Positions 38,826-46,465 of a stretch of 64,000 nt of DNA are shown here, one piece after another; position 1 is the first letter of the stretch; each line of letters begins with the position of its first letter. A program made the translations under genes and the position numbers. A model generated the notes under the pieces. That model had not been told where the DNA came from. It did not search any database and was given only the letters and a program-made list of their open reading frames with translations. Source of the DNA: a virus; IMG/VR virus record IMGVR_UViG_3300020185_004854, positions 4,544 through 68,543 of that record, one strand, 5' to 3'.

Positions 38826-39365
38826 TTATCTGTATTCCTTTCTTAATAATCTCCAGCGATCTGAATCAATTGATTTACTACCATTATCTATAGCATACAA
38901 CATATCCACGATTTCGTCAAGACTATTATAAATATATTTATGAGGCAACATTCCAAGCATCCATAATGGAGCTTTAGGCTTACCCCCTTCCATACTTATG
39001 AAAATAGGCTTCTTCATGCGAACAGCAGTAACAATTTCTTCAGCGCTACCCCAACTAGCCACATCAGGGACTAAATGAGCGATAATAAAATCGCTACGAT
39101 CAACCAGATTAAGATCGTAAGATCTGACTGTTTTCATTTTATTAGCAACTCTATCATACTGTTTAGTCTTCATCCAAGTTTCCATATCTTGGCGAGAAGC
39201 TTCGTCTTCAGAAACATCTTTAATGAAAGGTTTTTTATAAGGATCAAAACAAGTTATAGATAGAGCGTTTAATTTTTCAGAAATTTCTTCACGCCAATCT
39301 CTGCCGCTAAGATACTGCATATGACCAACTAGGTAAGTTTTTGTTTTATATAATATATTATTCAT
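38826..39365 (-). CDS. nucleoside 2-deoxyribosyltransferase-like protein
   Basis: YLVGHM..WRE..FDP..DL..VDRSDFIIA..GSAEE. Confidence 0.75.
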   Translation of the reverse strand: MNNILYKTKTYLVGHMQYLSGRDWREEISEKLNALSITCFDPYKKPFIKDVSEDEASRQDMETWMKTKQYDRVANKMKTVRSYDLNLVDRSDFIIAHLVPDVASWGSAEEIVTAVRMKKPIFISMEGGKPKAPLWMLGMLPHKYIYNSLDEIVDMLYAIDNGSKSIDSDRWRLLRKEYR

Positions 39366-39378
39366 AATGTATAGTCCA

Positions 39379-40437
39379 CTATTGATTAGGTCGCTGAATA
39401 TTTTTTTTTACAGAATCGAGTTTTCGCTGCTTAACAAATTCTCCCCTGACTCTTTGAGCTGAATTAAGGGTGATGCCTACTGCTTTTGCAACTTCTCGAG
39501 AACACTTACCCGATTTGAAAAGTTTGAGCATCTTAACTCTCTGACTCTTTGTGAAAGGGCGATTTTTACTAACTGTGCTAAGGGTTAGCTTTAAACTTCT
39601 GATAGCACCTTGCATTTTATAACTACTATATTTAGAATTAAATAATATTTTATTAATTTCCGCCCCTGAATATTTCTTTGGATTATTCAATATAAAATTT
39701 TTAATCTTAGCCTTGTCTCTGCTCGTTATGACTGGATCCTCAATACCTTTGTCAAAAAAATTATCCATACATTGATACCCTTGAGTAATAGATTTGTGAC
39801 TCCCACCTTGCACAACTTCATTAAAATTAAAAAAGTTTTTCAATTTATCTTGAATACCTAGAAACATAGCTGACACAGCTTGATGGGTCACTTTAAGTTT
39901 TTTAGAAATCTCATATTGGTTCACCCCCTTTTGAGCGTAAGATAAAATAACGCACTCTTTTTCCGTTAAAAGATAACAATATTTAGTTAGTATATGAAAA
40001 AACTGTTTTGAATTAGCTTGTAAAAATAAGTTGTCATTGTCAAGCTCTTCATTCTCCACACCGCGAGTTTCAATTGCAGCTTCAAATGTAGTTTTAGTTC
40101 CATCTTCAGTCTCGACGAAACCATCTAACCTGCGACGGTTGTAAGATTTATTTTGAACTCTGTAATGACTCCAAACTACTTCATTTTTCACATAATGATA
40201 TGCGATTTTTTTAAACTGCTCTCTTGTGAAATCTGAATCTTGAGAGAAAGTACTTAAGATTTTTTCTTTACCTTTTAGTAAGTGTAAATTGCACTCACTG
40301 TAAATTTCATCATCAGATAGTAAGTGAAAGTGTTTTTTAAATTTACCAGCAATTCTTTTGATGTCATCTTGAAATTCGACCAAAAAATCATCGAAGAGAT
40401 TGCAAAGTTTTAAACTGACTTGTTTACTGTTTTCCAT
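39379..40437 (-). CDS. divergent sigma-70-like factor with an extra C-terminal HTH
   Basis: region-2-like DEIYSE..F..IAYHYVKN; region 4 LTEKE..GVNQYEISKKLKVTHQAVS; further HTH GKCSREVAKAVG. Confidence 0.6.
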   Translation of the reverse strand: MENSKQVSLKLCNLFDDFLVEFQDDIKRIAGKFKKHFHLLSDDEIYSECNLHLLKGKEKILSTFSQDSDFTREQFKKIAYHYVKNEVVWSHYRVQNKSYNRRRLDGFVETEDGTKTTFEAAIETRGVENEELDNDNLFLQANSKQFFHILTKYCYLLTEKECVILSYAQKGVNQYEISKKLKVTHQAVSAMFLGIQDKLKNFFNFNEVVQGGSHKSITQGYQCMDNFFDKGIEDPVITSRDKAKIKNFILNNPKKYSGAEINKILFNSKYSSYKMQGAIRSLKLTLSTVSKNRPFTKSQRVKMLKLFKSGKCSREVAKAVGITLNSAQRVRGEFVKQRKLDSVKKNIQRPNQ

Positions 40438-41483
40438 GTTGATTTGCTATTGTTATTATAAGAACTGGGGTATTCTTTAGACCAGTCAACTAAAAATTTA
40501 GTGCGATCTATCCACGCTTTAAACGTGCCATACTTCACGTTTAAACTTTTCGCCGCTAAAGTTCTAATATTATTATTTTCAATAAGGGCTTTTTTAATTT
40601 TAGGTATTAAAGATTCGCGATAAGCGTTTTTCTGTTTAGATTTTGCCGCTTTTAAGTTTCTGATCCTCTTCTCTTCAGCCTGTTCGCTTTTATCAAAAAA
40701 TATTGAACTTTTTTGCGCTCTTCTAGCCATAACTTTTTTTTGCGTGATTGAGCGTTGCTCCCTAGAAACTCTAGGAGGTACAGGTTTTTCCATGGGGTAT
40801 TCACTATTCCACCAATCTCTGGTTTCGCATCTAGCCATTAACTTATACAAGGATGATCTACCAATATTGAGATATTCAGAGGCTTTTTTGCGGCTATTAT
40901 TATTCAAGACCAACGCGTTGATTATTTCGTTTTTGGTTTTTCGCATTTCTTGTTTGTCCCATTTTACCCATTCACCACCAGTCCAAGCCAAACCTTTTCT
41001 TTCATGAAGTTTTTTATAAATGCCTTTTCGGTTTTTGTGAGACCAGTTTTCGCAACCTTTTTTAAAACCTATATTTTTGCAATCTTTAGCCTTTGCTTTG
41101 TTAAATCTATTAGTAAAACCTTTTTTCCGAAGAAGTTCCTTTTTAAAAAGGAAATTATTGATATTTGGAAAGGAAGAGTTTCGAATGTTTTCCCAATCAG
41201 AAATGGATAAAACTCTATTAGTCTTTGTGTTTTTATATTTTTTATGAAGCATATACCCTAGCACAGCTTTAACTTTAACAGACTGATCGTTTTCAAGAGA
41301 CTTCCCTACAAGAATGGATTTTGCTAGAGCGTAAGATTTAGCTTTAACGAAAGTGACAAAATCTTTTTCTGAATTATCACTGTACTTTTCCGTATAATAC
41401 ATTAACCAATACTGAGTGAAGGAAAATATCTTTTTTCGAAATGATTTTTGACAATTAGCAACTTTTCTTCCGCGTTTTTTCAT
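40410..41483 (-). CDS. basic protein with two Fis-type HTH motifs
   Basis: ALVLNNNSRKKASEYLNIGRSSLYK and ALIENNNIRTLAAKSLNV; start revised to ATG 41483 behind TTGACA-17-TAGACT. Confidence 0.7.
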   Translation of the reverse strand: MKKRGRKVANCQKSFRKKIFSFTQYWLMYYTEKYSDNSEKDFVTFVKAKSYALAKSILVGKSLENDQSVKVKAVLGYMLHKKYKNTKTNRVLSISDWENIRNSSFPNINNFLFKKELLRKKGFTNRFNKAKAKDCKNIGFKKGCENWSHKNRKGIYKKLHERKGLAWTGGEWVKWDKQEMRKTKNEIINALVLNNNSRKKASEYLNIGRSSLYKLMARCETRDWWNSEYPMEKPVPPRVSREQRSITQKKVMARRAQKSSIFFDKSEQAEEKRIRNLKAAKSKQKNAYRESLIPKIKKALIENNNIRTLAAKSLNVKYGTFKAWIDRTKFLVDWSKEYPSSYNNNSKSTWKTVNKSV

Positions 41484-41524
41484 AATAGATCTGTAGTCTA
41501 TCACAAGGTTGTAAAAATGTCAAG

Positions 41525-41686
41525 CTATTTCCACCTACAGTAATTAGGATTCTCAGCTCTCTTGCGACGCATATAATCTCTTTTTTGAAGCTTTCTCCTG
41601 TCAGTATCAGCCTCGTCATATTTTTTTTGAGCTTTTTTTTGAGCTTCAGATGTATTTATTTTTGTTTTTTTGATTTTCTTGTTCAT
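41525..41686 (-). CDS. basic hypothetical protein, 53 aa (not in ORF track)
   Basis: MNKKIKKTK..AQKKYDE..RDYMRRKR..WK*. Confidence 0.6.
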   Translation of the reverse strand: MNKKIKKTKINTSEAQKKAQKKYDEADTDRRKLQKRDYMRRKRAENPNYCRWK

Positions 41687-41716
41687 ATCTATTATAATAA
41701 GTGTAAAAAAGATTTA

Positions 41717-42544
41717 ATGCAACTTAAAAGAAAAATATTAATAATGGGCTTGCCTGGATCAGGTAAGACTACTTTAGCTGAGAAATTAGTACCAAGACTT
41801 TCAGCGTCTTGGTTTAACGCAGACGCTGTTCGTCAAGATATTTATTCCGAATTAGGATTTACTCCTGAAGAGAGAATGGAGCACGCTAAAAGAATGGGAA
41901 AGTTATGCGATTGGGCCAGCATAAGTGGGAATTATTCCGTGGCGGATTTTGTGTGCCCAACAGAAGAAGCAAGAAAAGCTTTTAACCCTGACTATATTAT
42001 TTGGGTGAATAGAATTGAGGAGGGTAGGTACGAAGACACTAATAAATTATTCCAAAAACCAACTGAAGATGAAAGGTGGGACGCTCATGATATTATATTA
42101 GAAGATGGCACCCCTGATGAATGGTGCGACACCGTAATTCAAAATATAAATGCTACTGAAAAATGGAATAATCAAGCCCCCACAGCTTTATTGATTGGTA
42201 GGTATCAACCATTTCACGTCGGACATAAAACTTTAGTCGCGGAATCAATTAAAAGAACTGGTCAATGCTGTATAGCACTAAGAGATGTAGGTGGAATTGA
42301 TGAAAAAAACCCTTATGATTTTGAGAAAGTGAAAGCCGAAATTAAAACTGCATGCGTGGAATTTGGGAATAAAATAAAAATTATTGAACTTCCAAATATT
42401 ACAGATATTTTTTATGGCAGAGGAGTCGGGTACAATATCGAGCAGTTGGAATTGAGTAAAGAGTTGCAATCAGTTTCAGCAACAAAGATTAGAGCTGGAA
42501 TAATAGGACAAGATGGGAAGCCAACAGGTAAAAGACCCGAATAA
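41717..42544 (+). CDS. APS-kinase-like domain fused to an HxGH nucleotidyltransferase
   Basis: MGLPGSGKTT, NADAVR, LGF..EER..ADFVCP (CysC-like); GRYQPFHVGH..SATKIR; start revised to ATG 41717. Confidence 0.8.
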   Translation: MQLKRKILIMGLPGSGKTTLAEKLVPRLSASWFNADAVRQDIYSELGFTPEERMEHAKRMGKLCDWASISGNYSVADFVCPTEEARKAFNPDYIIWVNRIEEGRYEDTNKLFQKPTEDERWDAHDIILEDGTPDEWCDTVIQNINATEKWNNQAPTALLIGRYQPFHVGHKTLVAESIKRTGQCCIALRDVGGIDEKNPYDFEKVKAEIKTACVEFGNKIKIIELPNITDIFYGRGVGYNIEQLELSKELQSVSATKIRAGIIGQDGKPTGKRPE

Positions 42545-42546
42545 AT

Positions 42547-42927
42547 ATGGAAAAGAAAAGTACAATTTTTTGTGATATAGATGGGACGATTTTTAAATAC
42601 CGAGAGTTTGAAAATTATAAGAAAGAAAAGTGCCAAGTCCTCCCAGGAGTATTAAATAAATTAAATAAATGGAGAGAAGATGGTCACATGATAATACTCA
42701 CCACGGCAAGACCTGAAAACTTAAGAGAAGATACGTTGGAAGAATTAAGCATAAGCAATGTCCCATACGACAGATTAATAATGGGAATCGAGAGAGGTGT
42801 TAGGGTTTTAATTAACGATAAAGATCCGAAATTAAAACAACCAAAAGCTATAGCGATAAACCTTAAAAGAGACGAGGGTATGATTTTCGATAAAATAGAA
42901 ATAGATTTGAAAGCTAATTCTCTTTGA
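42547..42927 (+). CDS. HAD-family phosphatase
   Basis: FCDIDGTI, LTTAR, LINDK. Confidence 0.85.
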   Translation: MEKKSTIFCDIDGTIFKYREFENYKKEKCQVLPGVLNKLNKWREDGHMIILTTARPENLREDTLEELSISNVPYDRLIMGIERGVRVLINDKDPKLKQPKAIAINLKRDEGMIFDKIEIDLKANSL

Positions 42928-43439
42928 TGATTTTAGATAAACAAATTAAAAATTTCCCAGAGTATTTTTACGGCGTTATCGAAATATCGAAGGGTTCTAG
43001 CAACAAATACGAATACAATAAAGATTTCAATATGATTGAATTTGATAGAAAACTATCGAGTTCAATGACGTACCCAGGAAATTACGGATTCGCGCCTAAG
43101 ACTTTAGCTGAGGATGGAGACCCTGTAGATTTAATAATGCTAAGCACTGACCCCATTATTCAATCAGGAGCACTGGTGAAATTAAAACCCTTAGCCTTAC
43201 TTGATATGATAGATTGCGGATCTATTGATAACAAAATCATTGCGACAGTACTAACGGAGGAGAATATAAATGATATTGATGACGTTTGCCCAATGTTCTT
43301 GAGGAAAACTGAAGACTTTTTTGCAAACTACAAAAATTTAGATAATGAAGAAGTGAGCTTAGGAAACTGGGGAAACGCGGACGCCGCAAAAGAATATTTA
43401 AAAAGCCGATATGAAATTGGTGGACGTGGCGGGAGTTGA
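42924..43439 (+). CDS. ppa: family I inorganic pyrophosphatase
   Basis: EI..GS.NKYE, YPGNYGF.P.TL.EDGDPVD, D.K, FF.NYK. Confidence 0.92.
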   Translation: MMILDKQIKNFPEYFYGVIEISKGSSNKYEYNKDFNMIEFDRKLSSSMTYPGNYGFAPKTLAEDGDPVDLIMLSTDPIIQSGALVKLKPLALLDMIDCGSIDNKIIATVLTEENINDIDDVCPMFLRKTEDFFANYKNLDNEEVSLGNWGNADAAKEYLKSRYEIGGRGGS

Positions 43440-43856
43440 ACCCGCGTCTTTAAACCTTCAAAATACACACCTACAAGTTTAGTTAGTTTTTTTTAAAGTT
43501 ATGATACTAACATCCAACTACTTGTTTTAATTATTCACTCAAATTTGAGGCCCCCGAATACTCAGTGGTGCAGTTTTTAAAACTAGTAAAATTTTATCTG
43601 TTTTTGCAGATGTCGTCCTCGTATTCTAAATATCTGCGTCAATAAAAACGAGGGGGTAGCTTTAAGCTACCATCTCAAGCTCTTCAGCTTGCTCGAATTG
43701 CACGAGGGAATCGTACTCTTCAGTAGCAGCTTCAAGAAGCTCTTTAATGCTATAATAACCTTCGCCATATACAGCTTTGTGTCTTGATATCGGAGCCAGA
43801 CACACCTCCGACTTGCAGTATATAGATCCAACTTAAATCAAATCCAGTACACGCCC
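43418..43856 (-). ncRNA. ssrA: tmRNA, 439 nt
   Basis: 5' GGGCGTG pairs with 3' CACGTCC-ACCA including G3-U70; T arm GCGGGTTCAACTCCCGC; pk1-like element; tag ORF 43766-43662 with stop in hairpin GGTAGC-TTAAA-GCTACC. Confidence 0.93.
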
Positions 43857-43863
43857 ATAAAAA

Positions 43864-43910
43864 TTTTAAAGAACTAATGCTCGCATAGAGCATGCTGATT
43901 AATTTTACAC
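43864..43910 (-). promoter_or_regulatory. tmRNA leader: GTGTA motif, hairpin, boxA-like element
   Basis: GTGTAAAAT (from 43910), ATGCTC-N5-GAGCAT, AGTTCTTTAAAA. Confidence 0.5.
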
Positions 43911-43993
43911 ATGAAAATAAAATTTGTGTATAATAATATTATATGATTCATCACGTTTCAATTATTCAAATAATAAGTTTATTAGCTATCGTG

Positions 43994-46465
43994 TTAGTTT
44001 TGAGTTGTTTGTGATTTAGAATAAGTGAATTTTTTATTCACATAATCAAATTTAACAGTATCATTATTAACGATGTCTTTTGATAATATACTCTCGCAGA
44101 GTATAGATTCAATATGCTGATTAAATAATCTTTCAATCGGTCTCGCCCCAAGATTTAAATCTTTTAATTTTGAAACTAAAAAGTCTAAAACATTTGAAGA
44201 TATACTTATGAGAATTTTCTTAGCTTTCAATCTTTTGTTTAAAGTTTGCATATAGATTGATATTATTTTTGTATAGTGATCGTCTGAGAAATTAGAAAAT
44301 ATTACAATATCACTTATCCGATTAACAAATTCAGGGGAAAAATGTTTACAGGCTAAATTATTAATTTTTTCATTTATGATATCTTGATTAACTCCATTAG
44401 AGAGAAACCCAACAGATTGAGATGGTTTGTCTAGAATATCGCTGCCAAGATTACCAGTTAAAATAATTAAGCAATTTTTGAAATCAGCAGACCTACCATA
44501 ATTATCACTAAGCTTACCCTCATCAAGAATCAAAAGCAAGGATTTCAAAACATCTGGGTGAGCTTTTTCAATTTCATCAAAAAGAATAACACTGTAAGGT
44601 TTTTTTCTGACTTGATCCACTAAATTACTACCATCTTCATAGCCAACATATCCTGGGGATGACCCTGTAATTTTAGAAGAACTTGAACTTTCGGAAAACT
44701 CACCCATATCAATTCTAATAATTTTATCTTCACCCCCGTAAATAAATTTAGACACTTGTTTAGCCATGAAGGTTTTTCCAGTTCCAGTTCGACCAAGTAA
44801 CAAAAAGACTCCAGCAGGTTTTTGAGGATTGTTTAATCCGCAAGCTGAACGATGTATGGATTGGCAAATTTTTTGTATAGCGGCATCCTGTCCGATAATC
44901 TCTTTCTTAAGGTTACTTTCTAACTTTAAGTACTTATCGTCCGAGGAGGATGATATAATTGACAGAGGGATTTTAACTTTTTGAGAAATGACTTCTTCAA
45001 TATTTTCTTTTGAAATGTATATCTTTTTTTTTGAAATCGTTTTCTGCCAATCATCTAAAATCGTTTGATACTTTTCAAAAAGATCATCAACGCACTCAGC
45101 TAATACTTTTCTCCTCTCCTTGTCAGTGGTAGACTCCTCCTGATCTATTAAAGATTCTAAAGAAGACTCTAAGTTTAATATTTCTTCTGGTCTGTGAAAG
45201 TTTTTCACTCGAGCTTTCGAAGCAGCTTCATCTATGATATCAATAGCTTTATCTGGCAAAAAGCGATCATTAATATATCGAGAACTAAGTTCTACCGCAG
45301 CCTCTAAAGCGTTTTTTCTGAATATAACTTGGTGAAAAGCTTCGTATTCTGGAGCTAAACTCTTTAAGATATTAAGACAATCTTTCTTAGAAGGCTCTGA
45401 AACTAAAACTGATTGAAATCTTCTTGATAAAGCAGAGTCTTTTTCAATTGAATTTTTGAATTCTTTTAAAGTGGTAGCTCCTATACATTTTAAATCCCCT
45501 CGAGCGAGTAACGGTTTTAATATATTAGCGGCATCCATTCCGCCTTCAGCATTTCCAGCACCCATTAAAGTATGAACTTCATCAATGAATAAAATGTTTT
45601 TTTCCGAGGATTCAGCTTGTTGTAAAATATCTTTTAAACGCTCTTCGAATTGACCCCTGTATTTAGTTCCAGCAAGAATACTATTAAAATTTAAACTAAA
45701 AACTTCGCAGTTAAGTAATATTTCGGGAACTTGCTTGGATACTATTCTTTGAGATAACCCTTCTATTAAAGCTGTCTTTCCAACGCCAGCTTCACCTAAG
45801 ATTATTGGGTTGTTTTTTACCCTGCGACATAAAATTTCTATAACCTGGTTAATTTCATCTTCCCTACTGACGACTTCATCAAACTTACCCTGAGAAGCAA
45901 GTGTTGTATAATTGATTGAAAACTGCTCTAAGGGGTTTGGGTCATGATCTTTTTGAACCTTTGCTTTTAAATTATTTTCCTTAACGCTGTTAAGGAATTT
46001 CTTGAGATCTTTACGTTTTTCTTCCACGTCGCCCTCTAGTGTAGTTTGAACAGCTTGAAAGATTACATCAGGATCCAAGTCAAAATTTAAGAATAAATTT
46101 TGAACATTAGGATTGGATTGTAAAGAAAGAAATACATGCTCAACCCCTACGTAATCATGACCATAGGATATTGCTAATTTCGAAGAATCTCTTAATAATA
46201 TTTTAAAGCTTCGAGAATAATTAATATCAATTCTTTCATTTTTAGATATAGTAGGAGGCGAAAAATTTAACACAGCTTTTTTTAATTCTTTTAAGGATAG
46301 GGCAGCCTCTCCTCCCATAGAAAAAAACAGAGTATCTTGCACTTTAAAAATTCCATAAATTAAATGTATGGGATCTACGGATTTAACTCTAGATTGCACG
46401 CATAAATTTTTAGCTATTTTAATAGCTTGTTGAACCCTGGGGGTAAAATTTGGCAACATATCCAT
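43994..46465 (-). CDS. clpC: ClpC-type AAA+ unfoldase
   Basis: Clp-N repeats, GEAGVGKT/FIDEVH, short middle coiled coil, GRTGTGKT/FDEIEKAH, GYVGY pore loop, VGF ClpP-docking loop. Confidence 0.92.
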   Translation of the reverse strand: MDMLPNFTPRVQQAIKIAKNLCVQSRVKSVDPIHLIYGIFKVQDTLFFSMGGEAALSLKELKKAVLNFSPPTISKNERIDINYSRSFKILLRDSSKLAISYGHDYVGVEHVFLSLQSNPNVQNLFLNFDLDPDVIFQAVQTTLEGDVEEKRKDLKKFLNSVKENNLKAKVQKDHDPNPLEQFSINYTTLASQGKFDEVVSREDEINQVIEILCRRVKNNPIILGEAGVGKTALIEGLSQRIVSKQVPEILLNCEVFSLNFNSILAGTKYRGQFEERLKDILQQAESSEKNILFIDEVHTLMGAGNAEGGMDAANILKPLLARGDLKCIGATTLKEFKNSIEKDSALSRRFQSVLVSEPSKKDCLNILKSLAPEYEAFHQVIFRKNALEAAVELSSRYINDRFLPDKAIDIIDEAASKARVKNFHRPEEILNLESSLESLIDQEESTTDKERRKVLAECVDDLFEKYQTILDDWQKTISKKKIYISKENIEEVISQKVKIPLSIISSSSDDKYLKLESNLKKEIIGQDAAIQKICQSIHRSACGLNNPQKPAGVFLLLGRTGTGKTFMAKQVSKFIYGGEDKIIRIDMGEFSESSSSSKITGSSPGYVGYEDGSNLVDQVRKKPYSVILFDEIEKAHPDVLKSLLLILDEGKLSDNYGRSADFKNCLIILTGNLGSDILDKPSQSVGFLSNGVNQDIINEKINNLACKHFSPEFVNRISDIVIFSNFSDDHYTKIISIYMQTLNKRLKAKKILISISSNVLDFLVSKLKDLNLGARPIERLFNQHIESILCESILSKDIVNNDTVKFDYVNKKFTYSKSQTTQN

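Noticed and set aside
6700-39365. Z-base or 7-deazaguanine DNA modification pathway (MazG, GuaC, QueF-like)
   Set aside because: No purZ, datZ, dpdA, folE or queC/D/E in this window, so it cannot be supported here.
43666-43768. Alternative tmRNA frame MAKVIIALKSFLK...RW*
   Set aside because: It is open, but its stop falls in the stem and it ends in a basic/Trp tail. The GEG...MVA frame ends in Ala with the stop in the hairpin loop, as in typical tmRNAs.
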